Notes: generated from the letters alone by a model not told the origin. A stretch of DNA of 64,000 nt from an uncultured Desulfarculus sp. (GCA_963665125.2 CAXXUK010000001.1:2560001-2624000), one strand, 5' to 3'. Counted from the stretch's first letter, positions 22,845 through 33,424 are shown. Numbers and translations: made by a program.

Positions 22845-23960
22845 ATGGACAATCTGCGCATCATACACACCGAATGGTCCGACGGCTGGGGCGGCCAGGA
22901 GATCCGCATCCTGGACGAATGCCTGGGCATGACCGAACGGGGACACTGGGTAGGCCTCTGCGGCTGCTCCACGGGAAAGCTGCGCCAACGCTCCGAGGAA
23001 GCGGGCCTGCCGTTTTTCCCCCTGGATATGAAGGGCCCCTGGGATGTCGCCGCGTTGTCCAGGCTGGCGAACTTGTTGAAGCGTGAGCGCATCGACGTCG
23101 TCCACACCCACTCGTCGGTGGATTCCTGGCTGGGCGGTTTCGCCGCCAGACTAAAGGGCGTGGCCTGCCTGCGCACCAGGCACCTGAGCGTGCCGGTGAA
23201 CACAAACCCCCTTAATTTCGTCTACCGCCTGCCCCACGCCGTGGCCACCACCGGCCAGAGCATCAGGCGGCACCTGGTGGAAGACTACGGCCTCAAGGAG
23301 CAGTGGGTTGTCTCCATCCCCACCGGCGTGGACACCGACCGTTTCGCGCCCGCCGAACCCGACGCGGCCCTGGCCGCCGAACTGGGCGTGGATCCGGCCC
23401 GGCCCGTGGTGGCCATCATTGCCGTGTTGCGCAGTTGGAAGCGCCACGACTATTTCTGCCAGATGGCCCGCAGCCTTTCCGAAAAACGCCCCGAGGTACA
23501 GTTTTTGATCGTGGGCCACGGTCCGGGCTGGAAACGCATCAACGGCTATCTTGACGACATGGGCCTTCGGGGCAAGGTGATCATGACCGGCCACCGCACG
23601 GATGTCGACAAGATCCTGCCCCTTTGCACGGTCTGCACCCTGTGCTCCGACAAGGCCGAGGGCGTGCCCCAAGCCGTGCTGCAACAGCTTTCGGCCCAGC
23701 GGGCCGTAATAGGATCTGACGCCGGAGACGTAAATCAGGTTATACTGCACCGGAAGACCGGATTATTGTACCAGCCGGGTGATTTGGAGGCCCTGGAGAC
23801 AGGGGTGACGCTGCTGCTGGATGATCCGGCCCTGCGGGAAAACCTGGGCAAGGCCGGGCGGGAATTTGTGATAGCCAACCATTCCAAGGAAATCATGCTG
23901 GACCAGACCGAAGACATCTACGCCAAAGTGCTGGCCAAGCTGGGGAGGCCGGTCCGATGA
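22845..23960 (+). CDS. Glycosyltransferase family 4
   Basis: GWGGQE, HTHSS.D, IPTGVD..RF, K.H, EGVPQ GT-B motif. Confidence 0.9.
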   Translation: MDNLRIIHTEWSDGWGGQEIRILDECLGMTERGHWVGLCGCSTGKLRQRSEEAGLPFFPLDMKGPWDVAALSRLANLLKRERIDVVHTHSSVDSWLGGFAARLKGVACLRTRHLSVPVNTNPLNFVYRLPHAVATTGQSIRRHLVEDYGLKEQWVVSIPTGVDTDRFAPAEPDAALAAELGVDPARPVVAIIAVLRSWKRHDYFCQMARSLSEKRPEVQFLIVGHGPGWKRINGYLDDMGLRGKVIMTGHRTDVDKILPLCTVCTLCSDKAEGVPQAVLQQLSAQRAVIGSDAGDVNQVILHRKTGLLYQPGDLEALETGVTLLLDDPALRENLGKAGREFVIANHSKEIMLDQTEDIYAKVLAKLGRPVR

Positions 23961-24751
23961 TCGAATGGGTGGCGGCGGGGGTCGGCGGCGCTGTCGTCCT
24001 GGCCGTGCTCGGCCTGTCGGCCCGTTTCAACTGGTGGCGGCCCAAGCTCAAAGGCACTCCGGTGTTGATGTACCACCACATCACTGACATCCTGGGCGGC
24101 ACGCCCCTGCCCAAGCTGCGGGTGACGCCCAAGGCCTTTGCCGCCCAACTGGATTTCCTACAGGAACACGGCTACAAGACCATCACCCTGAGCCGGGCCA
24201 TGGCCCCCAACCCACCGCCCAACGGCGTGGTTCTTTCCTTTGACGACGGATATTACAATTTTTACACCGAGGCCTGGCCCCTGCTGCGCCGTCGGGGCAT
24301 GACCGCCACGGTGTTTCTGGTCACCGGGGCCCTGGACGGCGACAACTACTGGGACCTTCCCAAGGGCGAGCCCCTGGAAAAAGTGATGACCAGGGCCCAG
24401 GTCCGTGAGCTCGACGCGGCGGGCATTGAGTTCGGCGGCCACAGCCACCACCACCAGGACCTGACCAAGCTCGACGAACGGGGCCTGCGCCGGGAAATCA
24501 CCGGCTGCCAAAAGGTGCTCTCCGATCTGCTGGGCCGCAGCAGCCGGGTGTTCAGCTACCCCTACGGCCTGCACAACGAGCAGGCAGAGGAAGCCGTTGC
24601 AAGGGCCGGATTCACCGCCGCCTGCATCACCCAGCCGGGCAAGATCAACGGCAACACAGACCCCATGACCGTGCCGCGCATCATCGTCAAACGCTCGGAC
24701 AACCTGCTGGATCTGCGGCTCAAACTGTCTCGCGGAAAAAGCCGGTTGTAG
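23957..24751 (+). CDS. Polysaccharide deacetylase (CE4/NodB)
   Basis: VLMYH, LSFDDGY, GHSHHH, FSYPYG; ATGA overlap with upstream gene. Confidence 0.92.
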   Translation: MIEWVAAGVGGAVVLAVLGLSARFNWWRPKLKGTPVLMYHHITDILGGTPLPKLRVTPKAFAAQLDFLQEHGYKTITLSRAMAPNPPPNGVVLSFDDGYYNFYTEAWPLLRRRGMTATVFLVTGALDGDNYWDLPKGEPLEKVMTRAQVRELDAAGIEFGGHSHHHQDLTKLDERGLRREITGCQKVLSDLLGRSSRVFSYPYGLHNEQAEEAVARAGFTAACITQPGKINGNTDPMTVPRIIVKRSDNLLDLRLKLSRGKSRL

Positions 24752-24753
24752 GC

Positions 24754-25509
24754 ATGGCCACCCTCACCGCAGCCGTAATCACCAAAAACGAAGCAGCCAA
24801 CATGCCCCGCTGGATCGCGGCCGTGAGCCCGGTGGCCGATGAAATCGTAGCCGTGGATTCGGGCAGCACCGACGAAACGGTGGAGCTTCTGCGCCAAGCC
24901 GGGGCCACCGTGGAGCACCGGGACTGGACCGGCTACACCGACCAGCGCAACCGCTGCATCGAGCTGTCCACCTGCGACTGGGTGCTGTTTCTGGACGGCG
25001 ACGAATTCCCCGACCAAGAGTTGATCGCCAGCCTGCAAAAGCTCAAGGAAGGCCCCGAACCGCCCGAGGCGGCCTATGAACTGGCCTACAAGGTGTTTTT
25101 CTTTGGCCGGTTCCTGCGCCACGGCGGTTATTACCCGGAATATCACCTGCGCCTGCACAGGCGCGGCAAGGCCCGCTGGGTGGCCAGGGAAGTCCACGAG
25201 CGCATGGAGGCCGACGGCCCGGTGGGCCGCATCGCCGGGCACGTGCACCATCACTCCTACGACACGGTGGGCCAGTATCTGCGCCGGGCCGAGCGTTACA
25301 GCGCCGAGGCCGCCCGCCAGATGCACAAGGCAGGCAAAAAAGCCGGGCCGCTGACCGTGGCCGGGCATTCTGCCTGGACCTTCATCCACCGCTACGCACT
25401 GCGCCTGGGTTTTCTGGACGGCTACGAGGGCTGGCTGGCCGCCCGCCTGGAGGCCCATTACACCTTCAGCAAATACGCCAGGCTGGTGGAACTGACAAAA
25501 AAAGGTTGA
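24754..25509 (+). CDS. Glycosyltransferase family 2 (LPS beta-1,4-glucosyltransferase-like)
   Basis: ITKNEA, VDSGSTD.T, QRN, LDGDE, VHE, GFLDG..G. Confidence 0.92.
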   Translation: MATLTAAVITKNEAANMPRWIAAVSPVADEIVAVDSGSTDETVELLRQAGATVEHRDWTGYTDQRNRCIELSTCDWVLFLDGDEFPDQELIASLQKLKEGPEPPEAAYELAYKVFFFGRFLRHGGYYPEYHLRLHRRGKARWVAREVHERMEADGPVGRIAGHVHHHSYDTVGQYLRRAERYSAEAARQMHKAGKKAGPLTVAGHSAWTFIHRYALRLGFLDGYEGWLAARLEAHYTFSKYARLVELTKKG

Positions 25510-25616
25510 TCATCCGCCCAGGCGCCCCACCGCCCTTGACCTTTGCCCCTATCCATGACTATGCTTGCATAAATTCGCATTATATTTCAGGGCTATAGAC
25601 AAGAGGGCAATCCATT

Positions 25617-26618
25617 ATGAACTTCGATGACCTGCTCAGGCAGTCCCGAGACGCCGAACCATTCAGCCAAAAGCAACTGGAATGGATGCTGGCCCTGCCG
25701 CCGGACAGCGCGGAAACATATCAGCTCATGTGCGAGGCCAAACGCATCTCCAGGGAGCTGACCGGCGACAAAATGGAGGTCCACGCCCAATTCGCCCTGA
25801 ATTTGGCGCCGTGCCCCAAAAACTGCAAGTACTGCTCCTTCGCAGCCGTCAACAAGGTCTTTACCGAACCCATCGAGCTGACCTTGGAGGAAGTCCAGGA
25901 CAGCGCCCTGCTGCTGGAAGAGCAAGGCGCGGCCGCGGTGTACATGATGGCCACGGCCAACTATCCCTTTGAGCGCATAATGGAAATGGGCCGCGAGGTC
26001 CGGGCCAGGCTCAAACAAGAAACCGTCCTGGTGGCCAACATCGGCGACCAGGATTTGCCCTCGGCCAAACAGATGGTCGAAGCCGGTTTCAACGGCGTGT
26101 ACCACGCCCTGCGCCTGCGCGAAGGCATTGACACGGCCATAAAACCCGAACTGCGCCACAAGAGCTTCGCCGCCTTCAAGGAGGCCGGGCTGTCCATCGG
26201 CACCTGCGTGGAGCCGGTGGGGCCCGAGCATGCAAACGCCGAGATCGCCGAGCGCATCCTGTTCACCGGCTCGTTGGACCCGGCCTACAGCGGCGCGGCC
26301 AGGCGCATTTCCATCCCCGGCACGGAAATGGCCATCAAATACGGCATGATCTCCGAACTGCGCATGTCCCAGATCGTGGCCGTCACCCGCCTGGGCCTGC
26401 CCCGCAGCGTGCTGGGCAACTGCACCCATGAGCCGTGCACCATCGGCGCGGCGGCCGGGGCCAACCTGTTCTGGGCCGAGATCGGGGCCAACCCCCGGGA
26501 CATCAAGGAAAAGACCGAGGAAGGACGGGGCTTCACCGTGGACAAATGCCGGGAGCTTTTCTGGGAGGCCGGCTGCGGCGTGTTGGACGGACCCAGCGTT
26601 TATTATCAAAAACGCTGA
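25617..26618 (+). CDS. Radical SAM protein, BioB/BATS-like, function unknown
   Basis: CPKNCKYCSF CxxxCxxC motif; C-terminal AGAN motif. Confidence 0.85.
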   Translation: MNFDDLLRQSRDAEPFSQKQLEWMLALPPDSAETYQLMCEAKRISRELTGDKMEVHAQFALNLAPCPKNCKYCSFAAVNKVFTEPIELTLEEVQDSALLLEEQGAAAVYMMATANYPFERIMEMGREVRARLKQETVLVANIGDQDLPSAKQMVEAGFNGVYHALRLREGIDTAIKPELRHKSFAAFKEAGLSIGTCVEPVGPEHANAEIAERILFTGSLDPAYSGAARRISIPGTEMAIKYGMISELRMSQIVAVTRLGLPRSVLGNCTHEPCTIGAAAGANLFWAEIGANPRDIKEKTEEGRGFTVDKCRELFWEAGCGVLDGPSVYYQKR

Positions 26619-27796
26619 CGGACCAAGACCGTTATGGCGGCGATTCCGGCCAGGGCCAGCAGCACGCTGCCGTAGAACACGCCGTCCAGGCCCTGCCAGG
26701 CGTACACCGCCCCCATCATCACCGGCGCCAGGGTCTGGCCCAGGCGCATGGTGCTGCCGTTGGCCGACATGACCACCGCCCTTAGCTCCAACGGGGCGTG
26801 ATCGGCCAGCAGCCCCAGTACGCTGGGCATGATCATGCCGTGACCCAGGCCCAACAGCGACAGGGTCGCCGTTGCCGCATACACCGATCCACACAACGGA
26901 ACCAGAAGCATCGACAAGGCATAAAAGAAGAACCCGACGACTATCAGTTTCTTTTGGCCGAACCACAACGTAAGCCTGCCGATCTGGGTGGCCACCAGGC
27001 CCACGAACAGGGTCACCACCATCAGCGACAGGCCGATATGCTCCGGGTCCAGGCCAAAGCGTTCAAACAAAAATATCGGCGCATAGGTCACAAAGGCGCC
27101 ATTCAACAGCAACATGGCGAACAACGTGGCCAGCATCAGGCCGCCCACTTGGCGGGTGAAAATCAGCCTCACCGCCGAGCGCAGGTAATGGCCCATGCCC
27201 CGGTCGTCGTTTTGCGGCTCGGGCACCCGGAGCGAAAACCTGACCAGGGCCCAGCAGACAAAACCAAGACCGGGCAGATAGAACACATAGCGCCAGCCCA
27301 GGGCCGCGATCATGCCGCCGATAAAGGCCGCCCCGGCCGAACCCAGGCTCACCGTGGCCCCGATGTAACCCATGGCCTGGGCCCGTTTGTTGTCCTGGTA
27401 CAGGTCGCTGACCATGGTCATGGTCACCACGTTGAGCTGCCCGGCCCCCAGTCCCTGCAAAAACCGCAAAATCAGCAGCTCCTCGAAATTCCGGGCAAAA
27501 GCGCAGGCCACCCCGAATCCGGCGAAGAGCAAAAGGGCCGGGGCCAAAACCTGTCTGCGGCCCAGACGGTCGGCCAGCATGCCGGCGATGGGGGTGACGA
27601 TCATGGCGGCCAGGGCAAAGGAGGTCAGCACCAGGCCGATCTCCGAGGCGGAAACTCCCAGGTCGGTCATGATTTCCGGGATGGCGGGCATGATGGAGGT
27701 AAATCCGATCACCGACATCAGCGTGACCAACAGGATTATGCGGAAATTGCGGTCCAGGAGCGGACTTCGGTATGGTTGGTCGTTTGGCGCTCTCAT
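26606..27796 (-). CDS. MFS transporter (DHA1-like)
   Basis: G.LADRLGRR motif A, LRFLQGLG, GWR.VF; about 12 TM helices. Confidence 0.92.
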   Translation of the reverse strand: MRAPNDQPYRSPLLDRNFRIILLVTLMSVIGFTSIMPAIPEIMTDLGVSASEIGLVLTSFALAAMIVTPIAGMLADRLGRRQVLAPALLLFAGFGVACAFARNFEELLILRFLQGLGAGQLNVVTMTMVSDLYQDNKRAQAMGYIGATVSLGSAGAAFIGGMIAALGWRYVFYLPGLGFVCWALVRFSLRVPEPQNDDRGMGHYLRSAVRLIFTRQVGGLMLATLFAMLLLNGAFVTYAPIFLFERFGLDPEHIGLSLMVVTLFVGLVATQIGRLTLWFGQKKLIVVGFFFYALSMLLVPLCGSVYAATATLSLLGLGHGMIMPSVLGLLADHAPLELRAVVMSANGSTMRLGQTLAPVMMGAVYAWQGLDGVFYGSVLLALAGIAAITVLVRQRF

Positions 27797-27826
27797 GGCC
27801 GCAAATATATCAGAATTTTTATGGAA

Positions 27827-29089
27827 TTACGGATATATTCCTCGCAGGGCCACGGCCCGGGCAACCCGGCCGATGCCCAGGATCAGGGCCGCGGTTCGCA
27901 TGTCCACTTGTTTCTCCTCGGCGATCCGCAGCACCGCGGCAAAGCTCTCCCGGATGATCCGCTCCAGTCGCTGGGCGATCTCATCCTCGCTCCAGAGCAG
28001 GTTTTGCAGGTTTTGCACCCACTCGAAGTACGACACGGTGACGCCCCCGGCATTGGCCAGGATATCGGGCACCACCATCACGCCTTTTTCCCGCAGGATG
28101 TTGTCGGCCTCGGTCGTGATGGGCGCGTTGGCTCCCTCGGCGATGATCCGGGCCCGCACCTTGGAGGCGTTTGCCGCAGTGAGCACCCCGCCCAGGGCCG
28201 CCGGCACCAGCACGTCGCAGTCCAATTCCAGAAGCTCGGCATTGGTGATATCATCGCCGCCCACTTCGCGGCCCAAGAGGCATTGGTATTTGTTCTTGCA
28301 GTCCAGGGCCGCGTCGCAGTCCAGGCCGTTTTTATTGTACAGGCCACCCCGGCTGTCGCTTATGGCGATGACCTTGGCTCCGGCGCCCTGGAAAAACCGG
28401 GCCGCCACGCCGCCGACATTGCCCGCGCCCTGAATGGCCACCCGCAGGCCGGACAGCGCCAAGCCCTTGACCTTGGCCGCCTCGGCCGCCGTGATGAACA
28501 CGCCCTTGCCCGTGGCCTCGAAACGGCCCAAGGAGCCGCCAAGCTCCAGGGGTTTGCCGGTGACCACGCCCGCGGCGCTGTGGCCGGTGTGGGTGCTGTA
28601 GGTATCCATGATCCAGGCCATGACCTGGGGATTGGTGTAGACGTCCGGCGCGGGGATGTCGCGATCCGGGCCGATGTCGGACGAAAGCTCCCAGGTGAAG
28701 CGCCGGGTCAGCCGCTCCAGCTCGCCCATGCTCATGGATTTGGGGTCGCACTGCACGCCGCCCTTGGCCCCGCCAAAGGGGATGTTGACCACGGCCGCCT
28801 TCCAGGTCATCAGCATGGCCATGGCCTTGATCTCGTCGAGGTCAACGGCCGGGTGATAGCGCAGGCCGCCCTTGAACGGCCCCCTGGTGCCGTTGTGCTG
28901 CACCCGGTAGCCGGTGAATGTCTTCACCTTGCCGGAGTCGAGCTTCACCGGAAAATTCACGGTGATCTCCCGCTCGGTCAGCTTGACGCGCTGCATCACT
29001 CCGTCGTCCAGATCCAAGTACCTGGCGGCCTGTTCCACCTGGGCCAGGGCCATTTCATGGGCATTGTGCCTTCGGATGTCTTCGCTCAT
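27827..29089 (-). CDS. gdhA: Glu/Leu/Phe/Val dehydrogenase (glutamate dehydrogenase)
   Basis: GPFKGGLRYHP, MTWK, GGAKGG, DIPAPDV, QGAGNVG, EGANAP, NAGGVTVSYFEW. Confidence 0.95.
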   Translation of the reverse strand: MSEDIRRHNAHEMALAQVEQAARYLDLDDGVMQRVKLTEREITVNFPVKLDSGKVKTFTGYRVQHNGTRGPFKGGLRYHPAVDLDEIKAMAMLMTWKAAVVNIPFGGAKGGVQCDPKSMSMGELERLTRRFTWELSSDIGPDRDIPAPDVYTNPQVMAWIMDTYSTHTGHSAAGVVTGKPLELGGSLGRFEATGKGVFITAAEAAKVKGLALSGLRVAIQGAGNVGGVAARFFQGAGAKVIAISDSRGGLYNKNGLDCDAALDCKNKYQCLLGREVGGDDITNAELLELDCDVLVPAALGGVLTAANASKVRARIIAEGANAPITTEADNILREKGVMVVPDILANAGGVTVSYFEWVQNLQNLLWSEDEIAQRLERIIRESFAAVLRIAEEKQVDMRTAALILGIGRVARAVALRGIYP

Positions 29090-29107
29090 TTTCCCGTTCC
29101 GGTTCGT

Positions 29108-30409
29108 TTAGATCAAATGCAGGTCTTCAGCCTCTCGCATCAGGCCGTCGCGGAAGTCCGGATGGGCCAATCCGATGATGGCCTTGGCCCGTTCCTCCAC
29201 CGACTTGCCCTTGAGGTCCACCGCGCCGTATTCGGTGGCCAGCCAATGGGTGTCCATGCGAGATGTCGTCACCGGCGTGCCGTGATCCAGTTCGGCCACC
29301 ACCCGGCTGACCTTGCCGCCCTTGGCCGTTGACCGGAAGGCAAGGATTGACTTGCCCTCGGGCGCGTCATAGGCCCCGCGTACGTAATCGAGTTGGCCGC
29401 CCGCTCCGCTGAACTGGTGCCCGGCCAGGTATTCACTGTTGCACTGGCCGGTCAGGTCCACCTGAATGATCGAATTTACGCTGGTCATCCGCCGGTTCTT
29501 GGCAATCACCGAAGGGTGATTGGTAAATGAAACCGGATAGGAGACCATGGACGGATTGTCGTTCATGAAATCCAGCATGGCTTGGTCGCCCTGGGCCACC
29601 GTGTACACATGTTTGTGGGGCAACAGGGTCTTTTTGGCCCCGGTGACGACGCCTTTTTTAATCAGCTCGACCATGCCCGGCCCGAATACCTCGGTATGAA
29701 TGCCCAGGTTCTTGTGCCCGGTGAGCTTGGAAGCCACGGCGTCGGGCAGCACGCCCACGCCCAGTTGCAGGGTGGCCTCGTCGGGTATCAGTTCGGCGAT
29801 GACCTCGGCTATCTTTTCATCCTCCGGCTTGGATGCCGACACGGGCATGGGCGGTATGGGCTGGTGGTGCTCCACCACCATGTCCACCTCGGATATATGC
29901 ATCTGGGAGTCGCCGAAGACCCTGGGCATGTGGCGGTTTACTTCCAGGATCACCACCCTGGCCTTGCGGGCGGCCGTGGTGGAGTAGTCGTTGGACGAAC
30001 CGAAGCTGAAAAAACCGGCCTTGTCCATGGGCGCCACGGTGGTCACGAACAGGTCAAGGTCAAGGTAATCCTGGATCAGCCTGGGCACTTGGTGCAAATG
30101 GTTCGGCACGAACGAGTTGAGGCCCACGCCCACCAATCCCCTGTCTCCGGCCCCCACGAACCAGGTGTAGCCCCTCACGCAGTCGCAGAGAAACGGATCC
30201 AGGACAGTGGAGCCGGCCGTGGCCAGAGGCAGCAGCGAGTGCACCTCGAGGTCGTGCAGGTCCCCGCCGCGCAGCCGGTCGGCCAGGGCGCCCAGCAGGG
30301 CCGGAGGTTCGGCCAGGGTCAGGCCGTGGGTCATCACCCAACCGTCCCGTACTACTTGGACGGCCTCTTGGGGCGTTCTGAGCTTTTGGTTATATTCTTT
30401 TTGGAACAT
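29108..30409 (-). CDS. Acetyl-CoA hydrolase/transferase family (4-hydroxybutyrate CoA-transferase-like)
   Basis: TLQLGVG..P, GIHTE, DLTGQ, SGAGGQLDY.RGA, TEYG. Confidence 0.92.
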   Translation of the reverse strand: MFQKEYNQKLRTPQEAVQVVRDGWVMTHGLTLAEPPALLGALADRLRGGDLHDLEVHSLLPLATAGSTVLDPFLCDCVRGYTWFVGAGDRGLVGVGLNSFVPNHLHQVPRLIQDYLDLDLFVTTVAPMDKAGFFSFGSSNDYSTTAARKARVVILEVNRHMPRVFGDSQMHISEVDMVVEHHQPIPPMPVSASKPEDEKIAEVIAELIPDEATLQLGVGVLPDAVASKLTGHKNLGIHTEVFGPGMVELIKKGVVTGAKKTLLPHKHVYTVAQGDQAMLDFMNDNPSMVSYPVSFTNHPSVIAKNRRMTSVNSIIQVDLTGQCNSEYLAGHQFSGAGGQLDYVRGAYDAPEGKSILAFRSTAKGGKVSRVVAELDHGTPVTTSRMDTHWLATEYGAVDLKGKSVEERAKAIIGLAHPDFRDGLMREAEDLHLI

Positions 30410-30591
30410 CTGGCTGGCTCCATCCCAATGAGATCAACTGCGCTGTTTATGCCGGTAGAGCCCATTTTGCCAAAAAACTCTCCGGGAAAAACCATTTTTT
30501 TCAGTCCGCCCCCCGCCCGCCGACTTGACCAACGCGGGCAGCCGGGTTAGTTTTCGCTGTGTTCCCGAAAATTTGCCGGAGAATCCCGCTA

Positions 30592-31191
30592 ATGGCCCGC
30601 ATGCTGATGATCGACAACTATGACTCTTTTACTTTTAACCTGGTCCAGCTTTTTCTGGACTTCGGGCTGGACATCGCCGTGCACCGCAGCGATGAAATCA
30701 GCCTGGACCGGATAACCCAGGCGGCCCCGGATTACATCGTCATCAGCCCCGGGCCCAAGGATCCGGCCCACGCGGGCATAAGCATCGACGTGGTGCGGCG
30801 CTTTCACAAGACCATCCCCATGCTGGGCGTTTGCCTGGGCATGCAGTGCATCAACGAGGCATTCGGCGGGCGCACTTTGCGGGCTCCCCTGCCGGTCCAC
30901 GGCAAGACCAGCCGCATCCATCACCAAGGCCGGGGCATCTTCGCCGGTTTGCCCTCACCGTTTGCCGTGGCCCGTTACCACAGCCTGATGACCGAACCGG
31001 CCAGCGACCTGTTGGAGGTCACGGCCCAAAGCGCCGACGGTGTGATCATGGGCCTGCAACACACCAGCGCCCCCCTGTACGGCGTGCAGTTCCATCCGGA
31101 GAGCTTCCTCACCGAACACGGCCCGGCCATGGCCGCCAACTTCCTGGCCCTTGGCCCGATCAAAGCCCGAACGGAGGCCGAAAATGCCTGA
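30592..31191 (+). CDS. pabA: Aminodeoxychorismate/anthranilate synthase glutamine amidotransferase component
   Basis: IDNYDSFT.NL, SPGP, GVCLG.Q, RYHSL, GVQFHPES. Confidence 0.93.
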   Translation: MARMLMIDNYDSFTFNLVQLFLDFGLDIAVHRSDEISLDRITQAAPDYIVISPGPKDPAHAGISIDVVRRFHKTIPMLGVCLGMQCINEAFGGRTLRAPLPVHGKTSRIHHQGRGIFAGLPSPFAVARYHSLMTEPASDLLEVTAQSADGVIMGLQHTSAPLYGVQFHPESFLTEHGPAMAANFLALGPIKARTEAENA

Positions 31192-33424
31192 CACCGTGCT
31201 CAATCTGGCCGGAGCCATCCGGGGCGTGGATATCCAGCCCCTGGAGCTGAACCAGCCCTTTGAAGACCTGGCCGCCCGTTTCGCGGCCCAGAGGGGCACG
31301 GTGGTTTTGATGAGCGGCGGCGATCTGGACTGCGCCCGCTATCATATCCTGGGCGTGGCCCCCTGGCTGGAGCTGTGGGGCCGGGCCGATGATATGAACC
31401 TGCGCATCGACGGCAAGGAATATCAGCTAAAGGCCGAGCCCTTTGCTCTGCTGCGCTCGGCGCTCGGTCGATTCGCCTTGGACGACACGAGCGCCCTGCC
31501 CATCAGCAGCGGCCTGCTGGGCTATCTAGCCTATGACCTCAAGGACCGCCTGGAGCGGCTGCCCCGCACGTCCATCGACGACCTGGGCCTGCCGCATTTG
31601 TATTTCGCCGCGCCGTCGGTTTTAGTGATCCACGACCGGCAGACCGGGGCCGCCAGCCTGTGCATCCCCCAGCGGGAAAAGGCCGCCAGCGCGGGCGTGT
31701 TGGATGATTTCCTGCGGGCCCTGGCCGATCCGCCGCCCCGGCCGGGCGGCTACGCGGGCGACAGCGGCGGATTCGTCTCCAACTATGAACACGAGCCCTA
31801 CCTGGACGCCGTGCGGCGGATCATCGAATACATCGCCGCGGGCGACATCTACCAGGCCAACATGAGCCAGCGCTTCGAGGTGGGCTTCAGCGGCGACACC
31901 TTCAGCCTGTTCCGGGACCTTTTCGCGGCCAATCCGGCGCCGTTTTTCGCCTATGTCAACGCGGGCGACCACCAGCTTGTCAGCACTTCGCCTGAGCGGT
32001 TCTTATTGCAAAAGGGCGACTGGGTGGAGACCCGGCCCATCAAGGGCACCAGGCCCCGCATGAGCGACCCGGCCCGGGACAAGGCCATGCGCGATGAGCT
32101 GACCTCCAGCAAAAAGGACGACGCCGAGCTTTCGATGATCGTGGATCTATTGCGCAACGACATCGGCAAGAGTTGCGCCGCGGGTACGGTCAAGGTCACC
32201 GAACACAAGCGCCTGGAGGCCTACCGCAACGTCTATCACCTGGTCTCCCTGGTTGAGGGCCGTCTGGCCCCGGACAAGGACACCGTCGACCTGATCGAGG
32301 GCTGCTTCCCCGGCGGGTCCATCACCGGCTGCCCCAAGATCCGCTCCATGGAGATCATCGACGAGCTGGAGCCCAACCGCCGCCACATCTACACCGGCAG
32401 CATCGGCTATCTGAGCTTCCATCAGACCATGGACCTGAACATCGCCATCCGCACGGCCACCATCCACAAGGGCAAGATCTATTTCTCGGTGGGCGGCGGC
32501 ATCGTCTATGATTCGGACCCGCAATCGGAGTTCGAGGAGACCCTGCACAAGGGCCGCACCCTGCTGGACGCCTTTGGCGGGGCGACCGGAAAAGCAACGC
32601 CCGAGCCCATGGTCTGGCTGGGCGGCATCGTCCGTCCGGCCTCGGGCGCGCGGGTCTGGGCCGACGACCGGGGCCTGTTGTGGGGCGACGGTTTTTTCGA
32701 GACCATCCGCTGCGACGAGGGCAAGCCACGCCTGATGGAGGCCCATCTGGCCCGTTTCGGCCGCACCTGGAAGACCCTGAATTTCGGCCCGGAGCCGGAC
32801 ATCACCTGGGATGAAGTCATCGCCCAGCTCCTGACGGCCAACGGCCTGACCAGCGGCGCGGCGGCGGTGAAGCTCCTGGCCACCCGCGGACGCCTGGCCC
32901 ACACGCCGGACCTGGGCCGCGCGGCCCGGCCCACTCTGTTGGTCAGCGCCCGGCCCTACCACGGCCGCAAAACCATGGGCGGCGGCGACGGCCTGGCCCT
33001 GGCCACTTATCCCCACCCGCGCCAAAGCCCCCTGGCCGGTCACAAAACCACGAACTATCTATACTATCTCCAGGCCGCCAAGTGGGCCGCTGCCCAAGGC
33101 GCCGACGAGGCCCTTGTCCTCAACCCAGACGGCACGGTAAGCGAGACCAACACGGCCAATATCGTGGCTATTTTCGGCGACACCGCCGTCACCCCGGCCT
33201 CGCCCCACGCCCTGCCCGGCGTGATGCTGGCCAGGGTCCTGTGGCTGCTGGGCCGCTGGGGCTACGGGCAACTCAGCCGTCCCATGACTCCCGGTGAACT
33301 AGCCGAGGCCGACGCGGTGATCCTGACCAACTCCCTCATGGGCGCGGCTCCGGTTTCGGCCATCGACGGCGCGGCCGTGGCCCAAAGCGATCTGTGGCGG
33401 CGCATCAACGGCGCAATCTACTAA
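31184..33424 (+). CDS. pabB: Aminodeoxychorismate synthase component I fused to class IV aminotransferase/ADC lyase (PabB-PabC)
   Basis: GDIYQAN, SPERFL, PIKGT (PabB-type), MIVDL.RND, FPGGSITG.PK; C-terminal GDGFFET, HKTTNY, E...AN, LPGV. Confidence 0.92.
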   Translation: MPDTVLNLAGAIRGVDIQPLELNQPFEDLAARFAAQRGTVVLMSGGDLDCARYHILGVAPWLELWGRADDMNLRIDGKEYQLKAEPFALLRSALGRFALDDTSALPISSGLLGYLAYDLKDRLERLPRTSIDDLGLPHLYFAAPSVLVIHDRQTGAASLCIPQREKAASAGVLDDFLRALADPPPRPGGYAGDSGGFVSNYEHEPYLDAVRRIIEYIAAGDIYQANMSQRFEVGFSGDTFSLFRDLFAANPAPFFAYVNAGDHQLVSTSPERFLLQKGDWVETRPIKGTRPRMSDPARDKAMRDELTSSKKDDAELSMIVDLLRNDIGKSCAAGTVKVTEHKRLEAYRNVYHLVSLVEGRLAPDKDTVDLIEGCFPGGSITGCPKIRSMEIIDELEPNRRHIYTGSIGYLSFHQTMDLNIAIRTATIHKGKIYFSVGGGIVYDSDPQSEFEETLHKGRTLLDAFGGATGKATPEPMVWLGGIVRPASGARVWADDRGLLWGDGFFETIRCDEGKPRLMEAHLARFGRTWKTLNFGPEPDITWDEVIAQLLTANGLTSGAAAVKLLATRGRLAHTPDLGRAARPTLLVSARPYHGRKTMGGGDGLALATYPHPRQSPLAGHKTTNYLYYLQAAKWAAAQGADEALVLNPDGTVSETNTANIVAIFGDTAVTPASPHALPGVMLARVLWLLGRWGYGQLSRPMTPGELAEADAVILTNSLMGAAPVSAIDGAAVAQSDLWRRINGAIY

